Source: Vitrella brassicaformis CCMP3155
Taxonomy: Eukaryota > Protista > Chromerida
Length of the DNA stretch: 64,000 nucleotides
Reading direction: 5' to 3'
Assembly (NCBI GenBank): GCA_001179505.1
Contig: CDMY01000341.1
Span: forward strand, 1-64,000
The position numbers and the translations under genes are program-made. Under the pieces are notes generated by a model that saw nothing but the letters and a program-made list of their open reading frames with translations, was not told the DNA's origin and ran no database searches. Shown one piece after another: positions 10,799 to 23,478 of the stretch; within the stretch, counting starts at the first letter, position 1, and each line of letters starts with the position of its first letter.

Positions 10799-11542
10799 GA
10801 ATGGCACCGTACCACGGCCGACATGAGCGGCAAACAGTGGCCCGGCCTCTATTCGTCACTGTCGTGGGTTTTGCATCACAAAAGGTTCCGTTCATCACAG
10901 ACGAGTTTTGTAGTGATGGTTTGTGTGCTACGGTGTACTGCTGCGTGTACGTTCCTGCACTGCCTGAGATCGGACGGATCAGCTCAGTGTCTCTGTCTCT
11001 GTCTCTGGCGCATTCGAGCGCCTCCAGTCTGTCTGAGCACGTGGACCCAGCCGATCTACGATCGTTGTTTACAGCAATGCCTGTCGCCTGATAGTCGAGC
11101 GACTAGATGTGACAGACATACACAGATGTCCTGCTTGCTCTGTGCCTCACACGCTGTTTTGTTGGCCGCCGGCACGTAACGCGCCCATCTTGCTCATCCA
11201 TCCTGACGCAAGGGAAGAACGGACATTGTGGGAGTGACGGGCTCAGACAGAATCGCTGGTGTTGGGTATATAATGAGTGAAGACTGGATGCTGTGGCTGA
11301 ATGGCATGGCTGGCAGTATGTGCCGGCACAGTGAGCTGTGGGTTGTGAGGAGGAAGACCAACTTGTGACGAATGAAGCCATTCTGTCGATGTGTCTCCCT
11401 CCTCTGGCTCACAGCTAACGACGACAAAGGCCTAACTAACGACACCGCTCTCTGCATAACCACCCCCGCCCGCCTAGGCCTTGCTTGCCGACGCGACACC
11501 CTACCAGCCCACTCCAAACGCACAAGCATACTCACACTCACA

Positions 11543-14500
11543 TCAGTTCAAGTGTGAGGTGGAAGGCGGCCTCGAGAGAGCTCTACAGTCATTCAAATGC
11601 GGTACTGCAGAGCTCTTCGAATCCACCATCCAGGACACACTCGACCGACGTCGTGCACTGCTCTGCACACATCACCATGTATCATCCCTCATTGACACCT
11701 GCACACATCACACCCATGCCATGCCATGCCACCATGGATGAGAGAACAAGCGCTGACATCGGCGCCCTCTCCCCTCCCCAGCTCAGCCAGCTTACGTTGC
11801 ATGAGGAACTGCAGCTTGGCCACGATCTCCGCGCACTGCGTGGCTGTATCTGCTTCGTACTCGACCTCCAGCTGTCGATCGGCCACCTTGCCGCGGCCAC
11901 CCTGATCGCGGCCCTCGCCCCAGCCCCACGACGTCTTGCGGGACACGCCATCAGCCGACTCAGGCGACACGGCCCTCTGATGCACACACACGTACATCAA
12001 ACAAAGAGGGGGCATTGTACAATGGTGTCATCTTGGGTGTGTGTGTGCGGCTTTCTGTGACCTTTCTGTAAGTGATAGCGAAAGCGCGTGGTTTGTCTGG
12101 TATGCACTCAGCGGTGACGATGTCGCTGATGTGCCAATCGACCAGCGACGTCTCGGCCGCCGACCCCTCCGCTGCTGTCAGTGCTGCGGCAGCCGCAGGC
12201 ACGCTCTCTCCCCTCCGATTAGCTATGCGCCGAAACTGGATGATGGAACAGCAAAGCACCCACACAAAGATAATGAACAACGTCCCCTGTCTGTGTGCCT
12301 CGTTTACTCACTGACCAGTGGCCCCCAGAATCCTCCCCCTCTCCATCCAGCGCTTCGCTGAGGTGCGGGTGGCGGTGTGGTGGGCGGATGTGCCATGGCG
12401 AAGGGGTCTGCCGTGGTGGCGTCGGCCTGTGCGGGCGGCAGAGGGGAGTGGGCGCCGGATTGCGGTGGCGGCGGTGGGGGTGCGAAGGGTAATGCGGGCG
12501 AGGGCAGGAGGGGGCTGTTGGTGTTGGAGGGCGTCTGGGTGGTCGACATGACGAGGGGCGTCACCTTGTGATAAACACGGTTGCGGTCCACAACAAATAC
12601 CTACACAAAAGGAGAGAGGATGGTCCCATCGTCTGCCTGTCCGTCTGTCTGTCTGTCTGTCTGTTGCTTACACATGGTCTTGGCTTGGCTGCCGGTGCGG
12701 TGGCCGGCGTGGTGGGTCCGTTTGGCGGCGACAGCTGCAGCGACGGTGGGGGTGAGGTGCTGCGGACAGTGACATGCAGGTGGTACTCCGACGCGATGGA
12801 GGCCGTGTACTCATTGAACAGAAACATCGACAACGGAGGCCTGCACACACACACAGAGGTCAAACATGTGCCTTGCATCCCTCCGGGTGATCCGAGTGAT
12901 CTGTGTGGGTTAGTGTACTTACCTGACTTCCTTCCCAGCCAACTCAGCCTGAGCAGTGGACCTCTCTGTGCGGCGCGGTGCGGCCGACGACAGACATACA
13001 TACACGCCAGCCACAGCACAGTGAGTGACGACACGGCACCTGTCTGTCTCTCGCTCTGTCTCTGGCCTGCCTACGTTGTGGGCTGTCCTTCCTCACGAGC
13101 CGCAAGCTCCTGTCCTGCTGCGGGATGTCCTTGACCTGCCACCCCATCTGCAGACGCTGCGGGCGACCCATCACAACTCGCTGACACCACACACACCAAA
13201 GCACACCACAACAGCATGGCAGACCCATTCATCCATGCGAGCATCGACAGCTGCAAACCTCAAAGGCCATAGTGGCGGGTGTGAATGCCTCGTCCCTCTG
13301 CCGTGCCACGAGACTGAGCAGGTCGAACAGCCGCGACTCCTCGCTGATCTGCACCACTGTTCGGGGCTGCTGGTCTGCGGTTGGGGCGTCCGACCCGACG
13401 GCTGGCGTCTCTGCCGGAGGACCGATCACTGTCAACACCTGACAAACAAGTAGAGCAGACCGAGAAGGCTCTCTGTGTGTGTCTCTCCGACCGACCCACC
13501 CGTGTTTTGGAGCCGATGCTGAGGACGTCCGAGGCGCACCGGATCATGCCGCCCCCCTTGGCGGCCGCCGCCTCCTCCTCCCCCTCCCCATGTGGAATTG
13601 TTGCCCTCTGCCGCCGACCCCTGCCGCCCACCTGCTGGCCCGGTGTGGGCGAGCTGCTCTCCGCACCCTCCATCTCATCGCTGCTCGTCCGCACCTTGGG
13701 GTGGTACATGACGCTCAGACTGCCCCCTTGGCTCTGGATCCGGCGGTGACCCAGCAGGCCTTTGCCGTCACCACCAACCCAGGATTGCACACGGGGCGGC
13801 GGGGGGATGGGCGCCGGAGGTTGCGTCTGCGGCAGGTGTCTGCTGGCTGGCGTGGAGGGGCCGGGGGGTGGGGTGCCCAGCAGGAGATTGGGGTTGGACG
13901 CGAAGGTCACGCTGGCGTTTTTGGATTGACGGGGTCTCGGTTGGGCGGCGCCTGTGCTGGTGGGGGACGTGTCGGGCGACCGCGCTGACATGGCTCGACT
14001 GGACTGACGGTGACGCGGAAGACTCGCAGGTGTCGGGGCCTGACAACAGGCAGGCAGGCAGGCAGGCAGGTGTGTTGCGCCGTGTGTCCCCCTCTCTATG
14101 TTATGTATGTTTGTGTGATGGATGGCTGGCCACTGACCTCGAAAACAGGCTGGCTGATTGCTTTCTTCATGAGCTTCTCGTCGGACGACTTCCGGGCCCG
14201 CGCCTCTATCTCCAGCTCCGACACGCGCCGTGGCGACGCCATGACACTGGGAGGCGTCCTGGGTCCCGCCCAGCCCTTGACGCCACCCACGCCCCCGACC
14301 ATGGTCGGCCACTCTTCCTTCTGCTTCTCCTTGTCCTTCTCCTTCTCCTCCTTCCGCGCCTCCTTCTCGCTCCCCGTCGAGGATTTCCTCTCTGCCTCTT
14401 CCTCCTCCTCCTGGATGGCCGCCTCGGTCGGCAGGAAGCCCCCCGACCCTGCACGCGATCCGCGCCTTGTCAGGGGGAAAAGGGTAGATGGGGGCGGCCC

Positions 14501-16496
14501 GATGGGCTCGGCCTCCATTGCTTCAGAGCCCCTGGCTGACGGGCTGCCGTCGTGCGGGCGAGAGGGGGCGGCTGGCCGTCGGAGGACGGTGAATGAAGGC
14601 GCGTTGTCGCTGGCGATGGCCCAGCGTGGCTGTGACGGCTGCTGGTTGTAGAACATGGGGGCCTTCTCCATCCTCTCGAGGTCAGAGTCGGCTTCGTCGC
14701 TCTCGAGGGGGCTCTGCCGGATCTCCACTGTCTCGCCCTGCCGGCCCAGCCGCTGGTCGAACGAGTGGCTCCTGGGGAAATCCACCGATATCGACCTGCT
14801 GTCCTCTGACGTCCCCGGGTCGGCTTCGTCCTGCGGGCCGCCGCTCCGGGGGTGGGACCCGACGGCCGGCGTGAAGGTGTCGGCGGAGTCGAAACGGTCC
14901 CGACGGAAGTCGGCGAAAGGATCCTCTCCCCCCTGAGAAGTGGATGCGTGGATGGTTTATCTGGAGGGGGGCGTGTCAGTGTCTAGTGTGCTTCGTTGTG
15001 ATCGACCTGGTCAGAGATGTCGCCCAGTGCACCTTCGTCGAGGTCGCCGAGTGAGGTGCCTCTCGGCGTCATGGCCGACCTGTCGCCCTCTGCAGCACCA
15101 GCTGCCTCACAGAGACAGATCTCGGTCATGTTGAACTTGCCCACCTCCCTGCACACACCACACACACAACACCAACACCACACATTGTGCCATGAGATGA
15201 TGGTTCAACAGACCTTCCGCTTTCGAGCGGTGGCAGGTCGTAGTCCGGCCCCTCTTCGTCTTCATCGTACATGCGCAGCTCGTACGCAGCCGGGTGACGG
15301 TACCTGCACACACACAACAGGGAGGGGCACCAGTGAGTGACCCAGACAGTCACCTGGCAGGCCAGGCAGAAAGCCGTCGTGCTGTCGTGTCGTGTATGTT
15401 GCCTCAGTGCGCCCGCCGACCTCAGTTGCCTCTCTCGCCCGAATCGGCTGACCACTCGGGAGAGGAGGTCACCTAGTGTGAGGGACGCCGACACCGACAG
15501 CTTCACGGACGTGCTGCCAACACCAACCACCGAAAACCATTCCTTCATTCATTCCTTCATGAGTGTGAATCCGTTCGACGGCTGTCAGCTGACTGACCTG
15601 TCTTGATGAGGCGGAAGGTGTATGGTGAGAGTGAGCTGGCGGCCCGAAGGGGCGGAGGGGCGCCGGGGCACTGCCCCCGATAGGCCCATCGCCGACTCGC
15701 AGTACTGACAGACAACACACAACGAACATCACATCGCGCACACACATTAATTTCGTTTCTGTCAGCCCAGCCCAGCCCGTCTGACTGACTGACAAGCGCC
15801 CCACCCACCGATCCACCACATTGACCAGCTGAGCTCACCTACCTTGATATTCTTCTTGAGTGCCATCGACAGAGCGCTCTCCTTGCCAAGAGACGACCTG
15901 CCGCCCTTGCCCGTCTCCACTGGCTGCCGCGGGAAGAACGGACCCTCGCCCAACGGATGGTCACCCACGTGTGTCGAGTAGCCCAGCGGCCGCAGACGGG
16001 CCGCATCGCCGCCATGATGGTGGTGGTGATGGGCGGTGTCCCTTCCCCTGAAGGGGTGGTGGTGGACGGGCGGTGTGTGCGGCAGTCTCTGCCTCATGGG
16101 CGCGTTGGGCTGCCATCGCAGGATCTGTGTGGGCGGCTTGGCGGGAAGGAGTCGCAGGTTGCGGTGAAGGTGGAAACGGGTGCGGCTGCTGTCGGCGTGG
16201 GGCGCCCACTGATCCGTCGCCACATCTGAATGAATGAGTCGAGTGAATCAACGAGAATGAATGTGTGCAGGTGGCCGATTCGTCTGTGTGTGTTGTGCGT
16301 TGTGTGTTGTGTGTTACCCACCCAGTTCGTCGAGGTGAGTGACTTCGTATTTGGGTGACATGTCGAGGAGCCTCTCCACATCCTGCGCTATGACGTCGCG
16401 GTCACAGTCGGGCACGAGATTCGTGGACCGCTCGCCGCCTCGCAGGCCATTCAGCTCGAACAGGAGCGACAACTCACTCGCCTCCGTGAAGTCCAT
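11543..16496 (-). CDS. SIN1: SIN1/MAPKAP1/Avo1-like TORC2 subunit (CRIM, RBD-like, PH), multi-exon
   Basis: CRIM-like: SVKLSVSASLTLGDLLSRVV...AAYELRMYDEDEEGPDYDLPPLE...KFNMTEICLC. RBD-like: VVQISEESRLFDLLSLVARQR. PH-like: VFVVDRNRVYHK...WHISDIVTAECIPDKPRAFAITY...EYEADTATQCAEIVAKLQFL. The domain order matches SIN1. Termini approximate. Confidence 0.75.
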
Positions 16497-16959
16497 CGCC
16501 AAACGAAGCGTGCGGCCGTTACCAAAGCACGTGAGGCATCGCGTGGGATCTAAAGAAACGTCGATTCATCCTCGAGAACCTCCTGCAAGACCTGCTGTTC
16601 CATTGCGAGCTTGAAACATCTGAGTGCCGATCGGTTCATTGCCTCGCCCAGCAGATTCTGAGCGTTCAGGTGTCATCCATGCGCACCCATACAACGCACA
16701 CCATGCAGATCGTCTTGCGGGGTATTGGATGGATCCATCTGTTGCAATAAGCGACACGCACATACTCAGAGGACGTGGCATTGCATGCGACTCGACTCGG
16801 TCGCTCCAATACCAACACACGCACGACAGCTGCCGATCTGACAGCACGCAGCAGCACAAGACGACACGCCACATGAGCCGACGATGGATTGCGTGTGCGT
16901 TGGTTGGCACACTCACCCACTCACCTCAGCGTGGCGTGAGGGTGTCAACTAGGCATCAT

Positions 16960-19196
16960 TACTCACTCATCCGCCTCCCACCGCCTCGCTCCCACCCACT
17001 GCTCTCCGTCTTGTGCTCACCGCGTCCTGCCCCTCTCTTCTGCCCGCTTCTCGTCGGGGCTTGGGTCACGCCAGTTGTCACGCTGCCACCGCCGCCCCTC
17101 ATCGCCCCGGTGATGCTGCTCGCGCCACCGATCCTTCCGCCCGCCCCGCATGCCCCAATCGTTGCCGTTCTGCTGGTGAAAGCGGCCGGGTGAGGGGCTG
17201 TTGGCTTGCTCCTCGTGCCGCCAGCCCTGGCCCCCTCCTCTGTGGCCACTGCCTCCCCGATAGTAGTTGTCCCTGCCGCGCACATTCCAGTTGCTGCTGG
17301 GGTGGCGGTGGTTGTGTGTGGGTGACCCCGATGTGCCCCGCCATGAGCGGCCTCGGCTGCCGGGGGAGCCGTCGTGTGTGGCTGGGCGGGGAGGGGGCGA
17401 TGGCCAGTTGTAAGATCGTCTGAAGGAGCCCTCTGCGGGGGTGGAGAGAGGGGGGAAGGGGCAGGGGGGTAGCCTGTTGCCAAACTTGTCCTTGTCCTCG
17501 ACCTTCATCTGCACATCAATGAATGAGGAAGCAGGAGTACTGGATATGGATGAGGGCCTCCATCTGGAGTGGTTGATGGTCTGCCAGACAGATGTATACC
17601 TACCTCTAGGAGCTTTGCGATAGCGTCGTCGAGGTACACACGAGTCTCTGTGTGCTCATTCCGGCACGCAATGGCCACCTCCAGCCTACACACAAACAGA
17701 CAGGACACACACAGATCACCAGCAATGGCGGCAGCGTCTGTCTATCTATCGTTGGTCTCTTCCTCCCTCCCTCCCTCCGTGTGCCGCACCAGAGGTCATA
17801 GTCGGGCCACCTGGCGTATACGTCAGTGAGCCAGGGCTTCTCAGTCACGCTGTGGACGAACACCGTGTCCATATCTGACCATACACACACACACACACAC
17901 ACACACACGCACTTCCCTGGCCTGATATGGCACCTATAGACAGAGGTGGACGAATCTCTCGGCTCTGTTGACTTACCGGCGTGCCACGAGGTCCTGCAGA
18001 AGCTGCTGTCCAGGTGGTGCCAGTTCTCGAGATGCAGCGAGAACAACTGCTCGTCGGGACCTAACACGATAGCAGCAACAGGGGCGTCTGGCGGTTCGCT
18101 GGGCGGTGTCCGTCTGTCCGTCTGTCTGTCTGTCTGTCTGTGTTGTGTGTGTGTGTCGTGTGGACTGACCACATCGGCGGTTCTCATCCCCATACTTGCC
18201 CGTGCGGCCGTCCTTGTGTGACTGCTGCTCCTCCAACACACACATGCAGTGCTCAAACGCCGCCGGGTCAGGCCTGTGTGCAGCAACACACACACAGCAG
18301 AAAGGTGCGCACGGCTGATCGATGTGTCCATTTCGATGTGTGTCGCCTTCCCTGCTCGTCTCGTCTGGCTGACCTGAGGAGCATGCAGCAGCCCCTCATG
18401 CCGTACTGACTGTCGACGGCGCTCCTCATCTGCTCGTCCGACACCAGAGAGCCCTCAGCCACCTCCCCGAGATCAGGGGCTGAACACATCCCTGACAGAC
18501 ACCGACAGACACAGATGGACAGACACATTGCCGAACGTGCCGATAGATTTGGCCATTTCTCTCACACAGCTCGCCCACCTGCAGGTGCCTCCACTGCAAA
18601 CGCGTTGGCCACCTTGTGTGCGATGGCGTGCGTGTCCATGTGGATGTTGGCCAGCACGTCAGCGTCGAGGAACAGCACCTTGTCGTATTCGGTCAGCTGC
18701 AGCACGCGGAGCTTGGAGAAGGCGTAGTCGAGCCAGCTGGCGTAGAACTGCTCCTTCCCCATGTATGGCATCTTCACCGCCTCCGCACAAATGAGATCCA
18801 CCTGCACACCGACGCACCAACGAACGAACGAACGAACGAACGAACGGAAAAGAATGGAATCTGTGACTGTCTGTCTGTCATGGGCGGCTCACCTACCTCA
18901 ACGATACGATGGTAGACCGTCATGAGGGCCTGTCTGTCGTCGTCTGTGATGAGTTGATTGACCATGACCACCCGCGGGATGCTCTTGAGGCTACACATCT
19001 TGAGGCTGTAGCCCAGCGTCAGAGCTCCCGCCACATACGGACATCGCCGCCTTCTGACTGCCACATACCCTGTCGGCACCACATCACACCACACCACAAT
19101 CACGGCAGCAGCAGCACAACGTAACGTAACGATGCCACTACACCCATCCATCCATCCCATCTTGGGCACACACCTTTCCTCGGTGTTTGGAAGCAT
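16960..19196 (-). CDS. Glycosyltransferase family 8, glycogenin-like, with an R/G-rich low-complexity C-terminal tail
   Basis: YVAGALTLGYSLK...RVVMVNQLITDDDRQAL and FSKLRVLQLTEYDKVLFLDADVL (GT8 DxD motif). Last large exon 17017-17514 is R/G/W/H-rich. Start and stop positions uncertain. Confidence 0.75.
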
Positions 19197-19536
19197 ATCG
19201 TCACAAATGCAATGCGTTCCTCTGCAGCTGCTGCACTCATCGGTACTCTCCTTCGAGCGATCCGGCTGCGAGCTTAAAGCGGGAAACCGATGCGCTGAAG
19301 AGGAGGACGAGAGAAGAACTGCAGCTCTCGCTGCCTGTTCCACTTTCTGCGTGCGCCTGCCTGTTTTGCTCTTTCAGTCGTGGAGTGAGATCGGCTGGCT
19401 GATCTGAGTGCAGATTGGATTGGCATCGTAGCTTGCCCCTCTCGATCTTCTGAGGAGGGGCGGGCAGGTTCACCGTGCTTTGACCAGAGATCAGATAGGA
19501 TCACATCAGCACATCCCATCTATCCATCCATCCACG

Positions 19537-22040
19537 ATGTATGTGACGGCCAATCCCAACGTGCACATGAACATGTTCAAAACGGTGAGTGAGGTCATCA
19601 CACTCCCACACAGACAGCACAGACAGACAGACACATACGGTCGGTCAACTTGCTTGTCCTCTCTCTTTGTGTGTGTGATGTTTGCTGTGTGTTTGTGTGT
19701 TGCTTCCATCCATGCACTCACTCCACATGTACAGGTCGTCAAGGCCGTGCTGGGTGTGCAGTTTCTGGGGATGGGCTTCTACCTGAGGTGGCTGTACGAG
19801 CAGCGCTCCAGGAGCGACGCAGACACCACACCTGCTACAGGTACACACGTGGCTGAGGGAGGGAGGGAGATATCAAGGGCTGGACTGGGCTGGGCCACCT
19901 GATCCGATCACTCATCCAACTGTCTGTCTGTGTGTGTGTTTGTCTGCCTGTCTGCTGTCCGTCCCCGCCAATCAGAGACGGATCGGCTGCAGGCTTTTGA
20001 CTACATGGCCGACAAATATGAGGCCGCATTCCGAGGCTTCGAAGGGGTACGCTGCACTCCGATAAGCACACACACCACGACACCTCCATCCATCCATCCA
20101 TCCATCCATCCATCCGTCGGTCGCCCATCAATATGTCTGCTTCGTCTCTGTGTGTGTGGTGGTAACTGACGCCACGCCGCTCCCTTTCCTCAGCTGTTCG
20201 CCGATTCCCGCGAGAGCGTGGTTCGGCGCGCGCGTGGCCACGTGTTGGACATGTGCTCGGGCAACGGGCAGAACTTCGTCGTGCTGGGCAAGGTGCCCAC
20301 CATCAAGAGCCTCACATGCGTCGAGTGCCTCGACTCCATGCTCTCAACCATCAAGAACAAACTCGGTGGGGTGACTTGACTTACGGGCATTGTGGTTGTG
20401 TGTGTGTGTTGTGTGTCCCATACAGATGACCAGGAGCTGGAGCGAAAGCCGCTGCACTACCCCATCTACGTGTTCAAGGCGGACGCCGAGCGGCTCCCCT
20501 TCCCGGACCAGTCATTCGACAGCGTACTCGGCGCCCTCACACTCTCGTCCGTCGAACACGTACGTAATACACTGGGCGGGCCAGTCGGTGCGTCTGTGTG
20601 TGTATCTCTCTCTCTCTCTGTGTGTGGCTGTGTGTGCACATCTCTCTCTGTGCTATGTGCGTGTGGATCGGTGTCTGTCAGCCTGACGAGGTGTTGTTTG
20701 AGATGTCGCGAGTGTGCAAGCCCGGCGGGCGCATTCTCATATTCGACTACCACAAACCGCACTGGAAGCCCCTTCACATCGTCTAGTAAGACGCACGCAC
20801 ATTCATCAGGCACACGTGACCTGTGTGTGTGCGATGGATGCGCCGACACAATCTAATCAATCTGTGTCTTGTCTTGTGTGCGTGTGTGCCATCTACTGGC
20901 AATCAGCACGTGGTTCACAGAGGCCTCGACGGAAAGCGTCAAGGAGTTCGGACTCACCCAGGACAGAGACCTCATGTAAGTAACGACCACACCCCAACCA
21001 ACACCCACACACAGACTGTCAGGCAGGCTTCCATCTGGCCATGTGTGTGTTGTGTGCCGCTCCCCGCCCCGTTCGTTCGTTTAGAGGTCTGATGCGGCGG
21101 ATGCACTTCCCCATCCGCACCTGGCGGGGCCGACACGGGGGCGCCGTCATGGAGATCAGCGCGGCCCCCATCCCCAACGAGTACATGCCCGTCATACGCG
21201 AGCGCCTCAACTACAAAAGGGACAAGATCGAGCGGGACTCGGCCGACGAGACCGCCGCACGCACCAAGAAGCTGGCAGAGGAGCGGGAGAAGTCCATGGG
21301 CGGCATCAACATCTACTCTGGAGGTGAGGTGCGGGCGACTGACTGACTGACTGATGTGGGGCGTCCGTCCGTATGCATCATTGGTGTGTGTTGTGTGTTG
21401 TGTGTTGTGTGCAGGGATTGCCCAGGGGGCGTATGCCGACTGGGCCAGCTTCAAGCCGATGAAACTCGAAGACAACCCCATCATCCGCCAGACAGTCGAC
21501 GTCGATGCGCTCCAACCTCAGACACCCACACACGCACCAGCAGCAGCAGCAGCAGCGGAGGGCCAGCGGGCCAAGCCAAGGCAAGGCCTCTTCAGCCTCC
21601 TGTCCACCCCCGCAGAGCTCCTCGTCTTCGCCAGCGCCCAGAAGGGCACCACCACTGCGATGGCCACCGACATGGACGAATCCCCGACAGAGGAGGAGAT
21701 CCGCCTCAACCAGCCCACCCTGGAGCGCCCCTTTGTCAACCCCAACATCAACAGCGGCGCCGAGACGCTCACCTTCGGCCGACGGCCGCGCACCGGTCCT
21801 CTGAAGGATCTACAGCCGTCTTTGGTGTATGTGTACGTGCCGCTGCAGCTGCTGGAGATCCCTGGCGTCAAGAAGGCCGAGGCGCCCGAGCCGCGGCGCG
21901 ACAGGGGGTCGTTCGAGTACTTTGTGGAGACGGACAACAAGCTGCTGAACCACCTGGGGTGGATATGGGAGCAGTTCAGCCCGCTGGCATGGGGCTTCAG
22001 GCGATTCACAAAGGCTGACGGGATTGACCCGGGCGAATGA
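19537..22040 (+). CDS. Class I SAM-dependent methyltransferase (OMS1/METTL7-like) with N-terminal hydrophobic segment and long C-terminal extension
   Basis: Spliced: VVKAVLGVQFLGMGFYLRW, ARGHVLDMCSGNG, ADAERLPFPDQSFDSVLGALTLSSVEHPDEVLFEMSRVCKPGGRILIFDY. Further phase-consistent exons run to the stop at 22040. Confidence 0.8.
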
Positions 22041-23478
22041 GTGATGAACCAATCGGGGGGGAGGGCGTGTGTGTGTATGTGTGTTTGTATGTGCTGTGCT
22101 GTGTTGTTCCCATCCATCGGTTTCGGCTCCTGAGATCCGCCTGATGCGATTGCCCACGTCATGACGGACCTTGGTGAGCGGAACTGATTGACGGAAGAAC
22201 ACAACACAACACAACACACGCGCACGGTGTGTGACCCGTCGGCGGCATGCAGTCACTCACTGGTCTGTCTGGCCCGCCCACACACCAGACCAGACCAGAC
22301 CAATCATTCCCCCATATATTCACACGGGCCTGTGTGTTTTTGTGTTGTTGCCCTCGTGCGAAAGGTTGCCTGACTGCAGTGGAGTGCAGTTGTGTGGTGT
22401 CGTTGGTGTCATCATGTCTCGTGAGAGCCCTTGAAGCAAACATTCATGGTGTCAGCCACAGCCAATCTGTGTGGTGGGTGGGTTGACTCGACAGACATCG
22501 TTGGCTTGGTTGAGTCGAATCGGTCGAATTAGGTCACTGTGAGGCAGTCAGTCAGTCAGTCATATAAGCAGACAGTCGTCCATCTGTCCATCCATCCATA
22601 TATCCGAACCCATGAACCCATCCTCCCCACGCACCCCAGATAAAAGGCGGGCGCCAGCACATCACAGCTCCACACACCTCGACACATCCACACACGCATT
22701 CACACGTCATCAACCACCTGATGTATATATAGGATGGGGTGGATTCGGTCGGCCTGTCTCGTGGCGTCCGTCTTGTCTGTCCGTCACCAAAGCTGCCTAC
22801 ATGAACGGCACCGACTCCACTCGTGTGTGTCGCCGGCGCTGGTCGCCGTCGGCCGCCAGTGGCAACGAGCAGAGAGACGGACCACACACATGTTCGTTCA
22901 CACATACACACCACACGTCCCGTCGTTGTCTTGTCGATTGGCGCAACTCTCATCGTCGGTCAGGAGAGAGCAAAAAGGAACGACCACGGCAGGCAGGCAG
23001 GCAGGCACAGCACATCTGGCTGGCTGGCTGGCTGGCTGGCTGAGAGAGGAGGGGGCTCCTGGGTGAGTGGGGGTCAGCATAGCATAGCACACGTAACATC
23101 AGCCATACAGGCAGACAGACAGACAGACAGACAGACAGGCGGACAGGCAGACAGTTCAAAAACACACACACCACACCACACACATTCAGTGACACGGCAC
23201 ACACAGGTACGTGCCCCCCGCCCCGCCCCCCCGCTCAGCTAGGTCATTCACAGACAGCTGCCCACCGGCAGGCACCATCCAAGGCCCTCCCGCAAACACG
23301 AAGTCATACGTGGGCCACATTCATTGTCGCGTCAAAATGCCAGGCGGCAGGGATAGAGACATGGCGGTGGCGTGTGCGTGCGGTTGTGTGCAGTGCGTGT
23401 GGCGCACGGGGGAGGGGCGGGAGGAAAGGGGTATGTGTGCTCTGTAGAGTGAGTGACTGGTTGAGTCAGTGGAGTGGG

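Larger units (their letters stand above)
5400..11555 (-). repeat. Copy 1 of ~6.1 kb inverted segmental duplication (BTB-TLDc gene + hairpin array)
   Basis: Collinear reverse-complement similarity to ~36225-42170 throughout, e.g. ctaacgacgacaaaggcctaactaacgacacc (~11415-11446) vs ggtgtcgttagttaggcctttgtcgtcgttag (~36357-36388). 3'-flank matches extend to about 5400. Boundaries approximate. Confidence 0.9.

Noticed and set aside
10880-10930. C/D box snoRNA suggested by a TGATGA-like motif
   Set aside because: No matching CTGA D box or terminal stem was found, and the motif is altered in the second copy.
5400-11555. Autonomous transposon
   Set aside because: No transposase, reverse transcriptase, Rep/helicase or integrase motifs are seen in either copy or elsewhere in the window.
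22041-23478. Many short ORFs in this and similar regions (28400-29000, 46400-48000, 61600-63600)
   Set aside because: Translations are dominated by (GT)n, (GACA)n, (GGCA)n and (GGAT)n microsatellites (VCVC, RQTD, QAGR) and show no family motifs.
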